Positions 1-7,624 of a stretch of DNA of 32,000 nt are shown piece by piece. Source of the DNA: Erysipelotrichaceae bacterium MTC7 (lineage in GTDB: Bacteria > Bacillota_I > Bacilli_A > Erysipelotrichales > Erysipelotrichaceae). The DNA lies in the NCBI GenBank assembly GCA_001695645.1, contig LVZN01000056.1, forward strand, positions 1 through 32,000, given 5' to 3'. A program made the position numbers and the translations under genes. Position 1 is the stretch's first letter, and each line of letters starts with the position of its first letter. The notes beneath the pieces were generated by a model. That model searched no databases. It saw only the letters and a program-made list of their open reading frames with translations, and was not told the DNA's origin.

Positions 1-548
1 ACTGAATTGCTTTTCGGATAACTTGTAATTTCTTCTTCACAAAGAATAGAAACAAAGAATTTACCACTGGAAGTTATGCGAATCGTAGCGTGTATGATTC
101 GACCTTTGAGTTCTCGACTACTTGCAAACTTAACCAATCCTAACTTCGGCAATTTCACAAAGTTATTTCTAATTTCGATACTGTTGTTCACATTTTTAGT
201 TGTATAGCTTTGCACGGGATTCATTTTGCTTTTAAATTGTGGCCGTTCATTTTGTTTCTTAAAAAAACGCGAAAACGCATCAAAAAGATGTTTCAGAGAA
301 GATTGAAGTGCAATGCTGTCAACTTCTTTAAGCCAAAGTGTCGCTGTATCTCTTTTCATTTGTGGCAGCAATGCAGAACAAGTATGATAAGATAACCCAT
401 TCCCAGTTGTTTCATATTTATTGTTGTACAAATTCAAAAAGTAATTATAGACAAACCTTGAACAACCAATCGTTTTGGCAATTAATATCTCTTGTTTATG
501 ATTAGGATAGATTCTAAATTTATAGGCTTTATGCCGTAGCACTCGCAT
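1..548 (-). CDS. tnpB: IS200/IS605-family TnpB (OrfB) RNA-guided endonuclease, N-terminal ~182 codons; continues beyond the window start
   Basis: Absent from the ORF track because it is open at the window edge. Manual minus-strand translation from ATG 548 gives MRVLRHKAYKFRIYPNHKQEILIAKTIGCSRFVYNYFLNLYNNKYETTGNGLSYHTCSALLPQMKRDTATLWLKEVDSIALQSSLKHLFDAFSRFFKKQNERPQFKSK..., the typical TnpB N-terminus (KAYKFRIYP..Q......GC.RFVYN). No stop down to position 1. The GAGGTGA SD abuts ATG 548, so GTG 542 (6-nt spacing) may be the real start. Confidence 0.8.
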   Translation of the reverse strand, partial: MRVLRHKAYKFRIYPNHKQEILIAKTIGCSRFVYNYFLNLYNNKYETTGNGLSYHTCSALLPQMKRDTATLWLKEVDSIALQSSLKHLFDAFSRFFKKQNERPQFKSKMNPVQSYTTKNVNNSIEIRNNFVKLPKLGLVKFASSRELKGRIIHATIRITSSGKFFVSILCEEEITSYPKSNS

Positions 549-553
549 TCACC

Positions 554-955
554 TCATTTCTTTTTTTGGCTTTGTATATATGCGCGAATTTGCTTTTCTG
601 TGTTGTTGCTACCAGTGGCTACAAAATACCTTGGATTCCAAAGATGACCACCCCACAGTTGTTGTTTAAGTTCTGGATGCTTTTTAAACAAAAGTCTAGC
701 AGATACACCTTTGAATGCCTTAACAATACTAGGAATGTAGTGTTGTGGATTACATTCAATAAGTAAATGGATATGATCTTTGTGTGATTCCATTTCTATG
801 ATGTTTATATGATTATCATTTGCGATTTCTTTTCATAACGCTTTGATATCAATGTCTACATCACCATACAAAATATCATGTCGATATTTTACACACCAGA
901 CAAGATGATATTGAATAGAGTAGACATAGCCACGTCCGTAATGGATTTCTGACAT
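554..955 (-). pseudogene. tnpA: IS200/IS605-family Y1 (HUH) transposase TnpA, interrupted by a single in-frame TGA at 833..835 (codon 41)
   Basis: The track ORF 554..793 (MESHKDHIHLLIE...EKQIRAYIQSQKKK) holds the HUH motif (HIH) and the C-terminal catalytic Tyr context. Reading the same frame from ATG 955 (SD AAGAGG upstream) gives MSEIHYGRGYVYSIQYHLVWCVKYRHDILYGDVDIDIKAL-TGA-KEIANDNHINIIE, which joins that ORF. The full length would be 133 aa, typical for TnpA. Confidence 0.8.
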
Positions 956-1076
956 GCTAAATACCTCTTAATAATTATAACATGCGTATTTGATACTTTC
1001 GATTGTTTCAGTGCTTTTTTTAATATATATAATTAACATATGTCAATTAATCAATACAGCAAATTATACATGAACG

Positions 1077-1121
1077 AAGCCGATTCATCTGCACGACTAA
1101 AGTCGAAAGTGTTCTCGGCTT
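1077..1121 (-). repeat. Nested imperfect hairpin, candidate subterminal (LE) hairpin of the IS
   Basis: AAGCCGA (1077..1083) pairs with TCGGCTT (1115..1121). Inner CGAC (1094..1097) pairs with GTCG (1102..1105). IS200/IS605 ends carry subterminal imperfect hairpins recognised by TnpA. Confidence 0.35.
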
Positions 1122-1127
1122 ATACAT

Positions 1128-1152
1128 AAAAAAGAGAGCTGTTTAACTCTCC
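1128..1152 (-). terminator. Rho-independent terminator of the uracil permease gene
   Basis: Minus-strand GAGAG-TTAAACAG-CTCTC followed by TTTTTT, a few nt after the TAA stop at 1159..1161. Confidence 0.6.
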
Positions 1153-1158
1153 TCGTTT

Positions 1159-2475
1159 TTATAATTCTACTGAATGTTCATCATCTGCTTTTGGCAAGAT
1201 TAAGTTTAAGATTACTCCAACTAATGCACTTAGTGCAGTACCCGATAATGTTGCAGCTCCAGCTAATGGGAAAACCGCACCACCTAAACCAATAACTAAC
1301 ATTGCACTCGCAATGATTAAATTTCTTTGTTTTGAGAAATCCACTTGGTTATCTACAAGAACACGTAACCCGTTACTTGCAATAACTCCATAAAGCATAA
1401 TTCCCATTCCTCCTAGAACACAATTAGGAATGGTTTGAATCGCTGCACTTACATACCCACAAAATGAAAGTATAATGGCAAAACATGCAGCTCCACCAAT
1501 TACATAGACTGATCCAATACGTGTCATACCAATGACACCTGTATTTTCTCCATATGTTGTATTTGCTGGACCACCAAGGAATGCACTTACAGCAGTCGCA
1601 ACTCCATCACCTGTTAAAGTGCGATCCAATCCTGGATCTTTCAGGAAATTCTTTCCACAAATTTTACCTAAAACTGTATGGTCTCCAATATGTTCAGAGA
1701 TTGTTACAATTGCAACTGGCAACATGGCAAACGTTTCTGGACCAAAGTACAATTTATATTGTCTAAAGTCACCAAGTGCAAATGGGAATGAAAATGCTGG
1801 CACCTCAAATAGTTTTGCTGTTTCAAATGGTGAGAAATCAACAATCGCTTCACCAATACCAAGCATTGGTAATACAAGTGCTGCCACATATCCAATCACA
1901 ATGGCACAAAGGAATGGGACAATCTTCAAAAATCCTTTGGCTTTTGTTGAAATAAGTGCTGCTGCTAAAAAGGTAATGATTGCGACTATCATTTGACCAA
2001 ACGTACCATCTGCTGTAAATCCAGCATTACCAACCGCGCTTCCAGCCAAACCAAGACCAATTACTGCAATCATTGGTCCAATTACAATTGGTGGTAATAA
2101 CTTATCAATCCAGTTTTTACCAATTACTTTAATTAATAAGGCCGCTCCCACATACACAAGACCAACAAGCATCAACCCTGTTTGTGCAGCCGAGATATCT
2201 CCACCCATCGATTTTACCGCTAAATTTACAGCACCGATGTAAGCAAAAGAACTTCCCAAGTACACCGGTACTTTTGCTTTGGTAAAGAAGATATAAATTA
2301 AGGTTCCAATTCCAGAAGCAAAAATTGCTACCGATACAGGATACCCCGTAAGAATTGGTACAAGAATGGTTGCCCCAAACATGGCAAACACGTGTTGTAC
2401 ACTTAGAAAAGCCCAAATCTTCGCCTTTGGCTTTTCATCAATTTGAATAATTAGATTATTCGACTTATCCGTCAT
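1159..2475 (-). CDS. pyrP: Uracil permease (NCS2 / uracil-xanthine permease family)
   Basis: 438-aa polytopic membrane protein. Motifs LSVQHVFAMFGATILVP, GIGTLIYIFFTKAKVPVYLGSSFAY and LPPIVIGPMIAVIGLGL match PyrP/UraA. SD AAAGGGGG sits upstream of the ATG. Confidence 0.85.
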   Translation of the reverse strand: MTDKSNNLIIQIDEKPKAKIWAFLSVQHVFAMFGATILVPILTGYPVSVAIFASGIGTLIYIFFTKAKVPVYLGSSFAYIGAVNLAVKSMGGDISAAQTGLMLVGLVYVGAALLIKVIGKNWIDKLLPPIVIGPMIAVIGLGLAGSAVGNAGFTADGTFGQMIVAIITFLAAALISTKAKGFLKIVPFLCAIVIGYVAALVLPMLGIGEAIVDFSPFETAKLFEVPAFSFPFALGDFRQYKLYFGPETFAMLPVAIVTISEHIGDHTVLGKICGKNFLKDPGLDRTLTGDGVATAVSAFLGGPANTTYGENTGVIGMTRIGSVYVIGGAACFAIILSFCGYVSAAIQTIPNCVLGGMGIMLYGVIASNGLRVLVDNQVDFSKQRNLIIASAMLVIGLGGAVFPLAGAATLSGTALSALVGVILNLILPKADDEHSVEL

Positions 2476-2515
2476 AGTATTTCCCCCTTTTGTTCGCTAA
2501 TGACTTTTAAACAAT

Positions 2516-2540
2516 ATAAAAATGGAGTTGCCTCCATTTT
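2516..2540 (-). terminator. Rho-independent terminator after ftsZ
   Basis: Minus-strand AATGGAG-GCAA-CTCCATT followed by TTTT, starting at the ftsZ TAA stop. Confidence 0.65.
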
Positions 2541-3646
2541 TAGTTTCTTTTCTTGAAGAACACTGGAATGCTATCATCTTCAATTTCTTCAATTTCAACT
2601 TCAGCAGTTCTTTTCGGTTGAATGGTTTCACGTTGGCGTGCACCAAAGTCAAATGTATCAACTGGTCTTTCTTCAACTTTCTTTTCTGGTTTTGCTTTAA
2701 CTTCGTCATCAAAACCTGTAGCAATTACCGTAACGATAATTTTGTCTTGTAACGCTGGATTGATCGCTACCCCAAAAATAGTATCGATGTCGCCACCTGC
2801 TGCTTCTTTAATATATTCAGTTGCATCGTCAGCATCGTATAAGCTTACGTTTTCACCACCAGTAATGTTGATGATTGCTTTTTTTGCACCTGTAATTTTT
2901 GCTTCTAGTAATGGTGATTGAATCGCTTTATCTGCTGCGACTTTCGCTTTATCTTCACCATCTGCCATTCCTACACCAATTAGCGCTTTCCCTTGGTCAC
3001 TCATAGTTGTTTTCACATCAGCGAAGTCCAAGTTAATAAGAGCTGGTGCAGCAATTAAATCAGTAATGGTTTGTACCCCTTGACGAAGCACGTTGTCTGC
3101 TGCTTCAAATGCTTCAATTAATGGTTTACGTCCAATCACTTCCAATAAGTTATTGTTAGAAACGATAATTAATGAGTCAACGCTTTCTTTAAGTTCCGTC
3201 AATCCCATCTCTGCTTGTTTCATTCTTGTTCCACCTTCAAAGCTGAATGGTTTTGTAACGATTCCCACAGTTAGGGCACCTTCTTCTTTGGCAATTTTTG
3301 CAAACAATGGTGCAGCACCAGTTCCAGTACCTCCACCAAGACCCGCTGTAATGAACACCATGTCACTACCTTTAATTGCTTCGCGGATTTCGTTTTCTGT
3401 TTCTAAAGCTGCTTTGCGTCCAACTTCTGGATCACTTCCAGCTCCTTGACCTTTGGTAACTCCCATTCCAAGTACGATTTTGTTTTCTACTGGAGAAGTA
3501 TTCAATACTTGTAAGTCTGTGTTAGCGACAAAGAATTCAACCCCTTGTACACCTTCATTTACCATACGATTCACAGCGTTACATCCACCGCCTCCGACTC
3601 CGAAGACCTTTATCGTAACCACTTTTTTGAATTCATTATCACTCAT
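2540..3646 (-). CDS. ftsZ: Cell division GTPase FtsZ
   Basis: 368 aa with IKVFGVGGGGCNAVNRM, the tubulin signature GLGGGTGTGAAP, and NLDFADV. Confidence 0.97.
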   Translation of the reverse strand: MSDNEFKKVVTIKVFGVGGGGCNAVNRMVNEGVQGVEFFVANTDLQVLNTSPVENKIVLGMGVTKGQGAGSDPEVGRKAALETENEIREAIKGSDMVFITAGLGGGTGTGAAPLFAKIAKEEGALTVGIVTKPFSFEGGTRMKQAEMGLTELKESVDSLIIVSNNNLLEVIGRKPLIEAFEAADNVLRQGVQTITDLIAAPALINLDFADVKTTMSDQGKALIGVGMADGEDKAKVAADKAIQSPLLEAKITGAKKAIINITGGENVSLYDADDATEYIKEAAGGDIDTIFGVAINPALQDKIIVTVIATGFDDEVKAKPEKKVEERPVDTFDFGARQRETIQPKRTAEVEIEEIEDDSIPVFFKKRN

Positions 3647-3666
3647 CCTGAGTTTCCCTCTCTTTC

Positions 3667-4902
3667 CTATTTGTTCAACAATATTTTCTTTAACTTCTTT
3701 GTAAAGGCATTATCGTCTTCTTTTCTCACTTGACGAATACTTTCCGTTGAAATTTCAATACCTTCACTTTGCATATGTACAAGTGCTTGCAGTTTTTTAT
3801 GTGTATAAATTGCTCCAAGTGTTGCACTATAACAACTTCTTCTTGTTCCTATCGTAGATGGAATGTAAATCGAACAATCCAAAATGAATCGATCCTTCAT
3901 ACTTTCCATGCCCAAGATATCTGCTCCAGAACCGGCTAGCACCATACGTGCCTGACCAGCTTGTGCAATCATCTCATTGGCTTCATTGACACCAACAATC
4001 CAATGTTGTAACTCTTCTTCAATAGCTCCATATATTTCTTTTCGTGTAATTTCACGATACTCTTCTTTTTCACTATAAATATAAATGATTGAATCATCTC
4101 TTTCATATGTTGGAAAGATTGCCGATTCTTTCAATAAATCATTCGCTTCCTTTTCGGTTAGTTTGAACTTACGTCGAATGGCATGTGCAAGTTTTTCATA
4201 ACCAAAGCCTAATGACTCACATCCCATAAAACGTCCTTTATAGAACAACGCTAAATCCGTATCATACTTTTCATAATTCACAAGTACTACATATTTATCC
4301 ATAGACCCTTCAATAATTGCTGCTTCCTCAGCAATTGCATAAGTATCTAGACAAATATCAGCAACTCGCAATCCGGCATTTTCAACACACAATACAAATT
4401 CATGAACCACGTCTTGTTTGGCACAGATAAAATCAATATCCATGACTAACGTCTCGGCACGTTCATCAACTGGTAATGTTCTTGAGGAAATACCTCCATT
4501 AATATATGTGATTGATCCTATATTAACAAACTCATATCCATCAATGTGGAACAAATCAATTGCTTTTTCGATTCCAAGGCGTGCATGACTGGTACGGATT
4601 CTACGGCTTCCTTCTTCGATTGGTACATTGACTCTACGTTTAATGCACTTAACATCTGCTGAAGGGATACATAGAATTATACTTTTTAAACGGAACCCTA
4701 AATTCTTCTCTACTGCATCAAGCATCGTTACGATAGAAGCAGCCACAATTGTAGGATTTACAATGCGTTTCTTTTCGATTCCTTTTGTCTTTACGCGTTC
4801 AACTTTTAATGGATTGAATCGCGACATATAGAATTCACCTATCACTAAGCGTAGCTCATCATCTGCCAATTCCAAACTAGCATAGTACTGTTTTGCCTGC
4901 AT
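3667..4902 (-). CDS. ftsA: Cell division protein FtsA (divergent actin-fold protein)
   Basis: 411 aa located immediately upstream of ftsZ. It aligns along its length with B. subtilis FtsA and has a C-terminal amphipathic basic helix (AFTKKLKKILLNK). SD GGATGGAGGG. Phosphate-binding motifs are degenerate (see findings). Confidence 0.8.
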   Translation of the reverse strand: MQAKQYYASLELADDELRLVIGEFYMSRFNPLKVERVKTKGIEKKRIVNPTIVAASIVTMLDAVEKNLGFRLKSIILCIPSADVKCIKRRVNVPIEEGSRRIRTSHARLGIEKAIDLFHIDGYEFVNIGSITYINGGISSRTLPVDERAETLVMDIDFICAKQDVVHEFVLCVENAGLRVADICLDTYAIAEEAAIIEGSMDKYVVLVNYEKYDTDLALFYKGRFMGCESLGFGYEKLAHAIRRKFKLTEKEANDLLKESAIFPTYERDDSIIYIYSEKEEYREITRKEIYGAIEEELQHWIVGVNEANEMIAQAGQARMVLAGSGADILGMESMKDRFILDCSIYIPSTIGTRRSCYSATLGAIYTHKKLQALVHMQSEGIEISTESIRQVRKEDDNAFTKKLKKILLNK

Positions 4903-4931
4903 CGCTTACCCTCCATCCTTACTTACAATTT

Positions 4932-4940
4932 ATTCTATCA
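4932..4940 (-). promoter_or_regulatory. Candidate extended -10 promoter for ftsA (TGaTAGAAT)
   Basis: Minus-strand taTGaTAGAAT about 30 nt upstream of the ftsA ATG. The -35 is poor. Confidence 0.35.
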
Positions 4941-5186
4941 TACTTTGTAGGACAAAAAAACTGTTTTCCATGAGTGAATCACATATTTTTTCATCTATTA
5001 TGTTATATTGCAATTTATATTTTCATTTCTACAAGAATCCTTTACTTTTCTATCTTTTTACTGGTTACGAATAATTTCACAATTAGACAAGAATCATAGA
5101 TGCTCACTTATTTGTCTATATAAATTGATTCTTTTGACCGGTTGATACACTTGTTACATGTTTCTTACATTACGTGCAATTTCTTC

Positions 5187-5215
5187 TTGATTTTTAATTT
5201 TAGAAATGATATTAT
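5187..5215 (+). promoter_or_regulatory. Sigma-A type promoter of rpmB
   Basis: TTGATT (5187..5192), a 17-nt spacer, then TATTAT (5210..5215) preceded by TGa (extended -10). The ATG lies 37 nt downstream. Confidence 0.55.
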
Positions 5216-5251
5216 ATGCAAGCAGTAAAAAGTACGAAAGGAGGTTTTCAA

Positions 5252-5443
5252 ATGTCAAGAAAATGTGCAATCACTGGAAAAGGCCCATTATCAGGTAACA
5301 AACGTTCTCACTCGTTACGTGCAACTAGACGTAAATGGAATGTAAACCTACAAACAGTTAAAGTGATGGTAGATGGAAAACCAAAGAAAATTAAAGTTTC
5401 CGCTCGTGCTTTAAAAACACTTAAAGCAAAACAAGCTATCTAA
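5252..5443 (+). CDS. rpmB: 50S ribosomal protein L28
   Basis: [34 protein letters not shown]... is canonical L28. SD AAAGGAGG lies 8 nt upstream of ATG 5252. The track start at 5216 is an upstream in-frame extension. Confidence 0.95.
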   Translation: MSRKCAITGKGPLSGNKRSHSLRATRRKWNVNLQTVKVMVDGKPKKIKVSARALKTLKAKQAI

Positions 5444-5449
5444 TCAAAC

Positions 5450-5481
5450 AAAAAGCGTGTCCAACTGGATACGCTTTTTTC
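5450..5481. terminator. Bidirectional rho-independent terminator between convergent rpmB and thiN
   Basis: AGCGTGTCC (5454..5462) pairs with GGATACGCT (5467..5475) around loop AACT. A T-run follows on the plus strand and an A-run precedes it, giving a T-run on the minus strand. Confidence 0.75.
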
Positions 5482-5486
5482 TATTT

Positions 5487-6089
5487 CTAGGCATCGTCAC
5501 TTTCAAATACGATGACTCTACCGTTATGTACTGTGAAAGTTGCTGCTTCTGCAACAATTTCATTACTTACCGTATATACATCCTTTGGTGATACCTTGCG
5601 GTTTGTCAGCGGATAGCGAACACCTTGTATTGTGACTTCACTTGGTTCACTAGCAAAGAACGAAATGTACTTCGTTCGTTTGTCCAAACGATAACTTCCC
5701 GCTTCCATTGGATATATATAATTTTGTTTATCATATATCGCAAAGTTTAAGTTCTGAAATGCCATCAAATTGTAAATGGCCATAAAATGATCCATACGAC
5801 CACCTGTAACTCCTGTAATTGCAACTTCATCATAGTGCTCCAAAGCAAATTTAATTGCATGTTCACTATCGCTATCATCCTTTTCTGGATTTAATTTAAT
5901 GACTGTCGTTACTTTTTGCAAAGCTTCGAGTTGTTCTTGCTCAATCGAGTCAAAGTCACCTATCGCGTAATCCATTGGAATGTTTTGCTTTAGCAACTGC
6001 ATTGCGCCATGATCAATTCCAATATAATGGACGGCTTCATTGTAGGTAAGTTCTTCCACCATATTGGCGCATAAAATGACAGGTCTCAT
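5487..6089 (-). CDS. thiN: Thiamine pyrophosphokinase
   Basis: 200 aa with GIDHGA...AIGDFDS and DSDSEHA motifs. Its position after rpe matches B. subtilis yloS. The ATG overlaps the rpe TGA (ATGA). Confidence 0.85.
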   Translation of the reverse strand: MRPVILCANMVEELTYNEAVHYIGIDHGAMQLLKQNIPMDYAIGDFDSIEQEQLEALQKVTTVIKLNPEKDDSDSEHAIKFALEHYDEVAITGVTGGRMDHFMAIYNLMAFQNLNFAIYDKQNYIYPMEAGSYRLDKRTKYISFFASEPSEVTIQGVRYPLTNRKVSPKDVYTVSNEIVAEAATFTVHNGRVIVFESDDA

Positions 6090-6739
6090 CGTAAAGATGC
6101 AATCCTTTCTTCAATATCACCATCAAAGACATAAGATCCAGCTACAAGAACATCCGCTCCGGCTTCCTTACATAGTTTCCCTGTTTCTTCATTAATCCCA
6201 CCATCAACTTCAATCAAGTAGGAAAGCTTATGTTCTTTACGATATGTAGCAAAGTATTTAATTTTATCAAGTGCATGTGGCATGAACGATTGTCCACCTT
6301 TTCCAGGTTCAACACTCATCACTAATACCAAATCAACTGATGCTAAATATGGCAAAATGTTTGCAATATGCGTGCCTGGTCGTGCTGTGATACCAGCTTT
6401 ACATCCTTGTGCTTTAATACTTGCAATCAACTGATGAATTTCATGTTCACTATCTAAAGACTCCACATGAAAGGTTAACATATCGGCACCTGCATCAATC
6501 ATTTGTTTTGCCACTTTAACCGGTTGATCCACCATAATATGCACATCCATAAATAGATTCGTTGCTTTTTTAAACCCTTTCATTACATTGGGTCCAAACG
6601 TAATCGCTTCCACAAAGTGTCCATCCATAACATCAAAGTGTAACCATGGTGTCTTTGAGGCAACCACTTTGGCAAGTTGACTCTCAGTTTTTGCATAGTC
6701 TAGTGATAAAACCGATGGTGCTACAATTATTTCCTTCAT
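6086..6739 (-). CDS. rpe: Ribulose-phosphate 3-epimerase
   Basis: MKEIIVAPSVLSLDY...HFDVMDGHFV...HVMSVEPGKGGQSF... Start set at ATG 6739 (AGGAG 7 nt upstream) rather than the track start at 6766. Confidence 0.95.
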   Translation of the reverse strand: MKEIIVAPSVLSLDYAKTESQLAKVVASKTPWLHFDVMDGHFVEAITFGPNVMKGFKKATNLFMDVHIMVDQPVKVAKQMIDAGADMLTFHVESLDSEHEIHQLIASIKAQGCKAGITARPGTHIANILPYLASVDLVLVMSVEPGKGGQSFMPHALDKIKYFATYRKEHKLSYLIEVDGGINEETGKLCKEAGADVLVAGSYVFDGDIEERIASLR

Positions 6740-6749
6740 ATACAATCTC

Positions 6750-7607
6750 CTAACGTTTATTCTCAATCATTTTGACAACTTCTTTATAGTGGTCATAACG
6801 ATATTGTACAATTTCTTTTTTCTCGACGGCTTCAAGCACGGCACATTGTGGTTCGTTAATATGAATACAGTCGTTAAATTTACACTTTCCAACATACGGC
6901 GCAAAATCTGGTACCGTATGATTAAAAATATGAATGTCCATATTTTCTAAATCCAAAGATGAAAAACCAGGTGTGTCACCCACCCATCCACCATTGATGG
7001 CAAACAGTTGCGTGTGTCTTGTGGTGTGCTTACCTCTACCGAGTGCTTTGGAAATGGCTTGTGTTTTTATTTCCAAGCGATCGTCAATTCGGTTTAATAA
7101 ACTAGATTTACCAGCTCCACTTTGACCGGTCAAAACACTGATTTTACCTGCGAAGGCAGCTTCGATATCTTTGGTATCAAATGCTTTTCCACTTGTATAC
7201 ACATCATATCCACCCTTCTTATAATCTTCAATGTATCCATACACTGGATCGTTTGGATCATCAATCATATCCATTTTTGTGATAACAAGTACAGGTGTAA
7301 TTCCTTCATAAGAGATCAAGAAAATCAAACGATCAATCAACACCGTTGAGAAATCTGGGTCTTTTGCACTCATGACAATAATTGCTTGATCCACATTGGC
7401 AATCAATGGACGAATCAATTGATTTTTTCTTTCATGTATCCTTTGAATGCCATAAATATCATCCATTTGTTCAAAATCAACGACATCACCAACAACAGGG
7501 CTCACTCCTTTTCTAAGTTTACCCATCGCTTTTGCATCGTATGTCATACCATCACTATATATTTGATATTGATTGGAAATGATTCGAATGATTGTTCCTT
7601 GTTTCAT
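6750..7607 (-). CDS. rsgA: Ribosome small-subunit-dependent GTPase RsgA (YloQ/CpgA)
   Basis: 285 aa with an OB-fold N-terminus, the circularly permuted GTPase motifs ITKMD and GQSGAGKSSLLN, and a C-terminal zinc knuckle CKFNDCIHINEPQCAV. Confidence 0.92.
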   Translation of the reverse strand: MKQGTIIRIISNQYQIYSDGMTYDAKAMGKLRKGVSPVVGDVVDFEQMDDIYGIQRIHERKNQLIRPLIANVDQAIIVMSAKDPDFSTVLIDRLIFLISYEGITPVLVITKMDMIDDPNDPVYGYIEDYKKGGYDVYTSGKAFDTKDIEAAFAGKISVLTGQSGAGKSSLLNRIDDRLEIKTQAISKALGRGKHTTRHTQLFAINGGWVGDTPGFSSLDLENMDIHIFNHTVPDFAPYVGKCKFNDCIHINEPQCAVLEAVEKKEIVQYRYDHYKEVVKMIENKR

Positions 7608-7624
7608 AGATCCCCTTTTCTTAA

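Larger units (their letters stand above)
1..1125 (-). mobile_element. Partial IS200/IS605-family insertion sequence (tnpA-tnpB type); the tnpA-proximal end lies near 1077..1125 and the tnpB-distal end is outside the window
   Basis: tnpA and tnpB are co-oriented and 5 nt apart. There is AT-rich non-coding DNA with promoter-like hexamers between tnpA and a nested hairpin at 1077..1121. The exact end is not determinable from one copy. Confidence 0.65.

Noticed and set aside
833-835. TGA in tnpA read as a sense codon (genetic code 4 or selenocysteine)
   Set aside because: TGA clearly terminates rpe (6086..6088, overlapping the thiN ATG) and tnpA itself (554..556). No other gene needs TGA read-through, and no SECIS-like context is evident.
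1532-1996. 154-aa plus-strand ORF antisense to pyrP. Similar long antisense ORFs occur at 3093..3449, 8256..8690, 11383..11739, 15936..16289, 16462..16875, 19058..19468 and 26376..26762.
   Set aside because: All lie fully inside well-supported minus-strand genes and lack SD sequences. Their composition is biased and low in complexity (Ser/Pro/Thr/Phe-rich), typical of shadow frames opposite real genes. No family resemblance.
4970-5074. 34-aa ORF (MSESHIFSSIMLYCNLYFHFYKNPLLFYLFTGYE) in the ftsA-rpmB spacer
   Set aside because: No SD upstream. The composition simply reflects AT-rich non-coding DNA. There is no terminator or promoter context.
5216-5251. N-terminal extensions offered by the ORF track: rpmB 5216, rpe 6766, rsmB 12677, nfeD 16315, GNAT 23025, divIVA 26854 and ylmH 27753
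   Set aside because: In most cases an internal ATG with a strong, correctly spaced SD matches the conserved family N-terminus (for ylmH, a GTG behind only a weak AGAAG SD). The extensions overlap the upstream gene or promoter elements.
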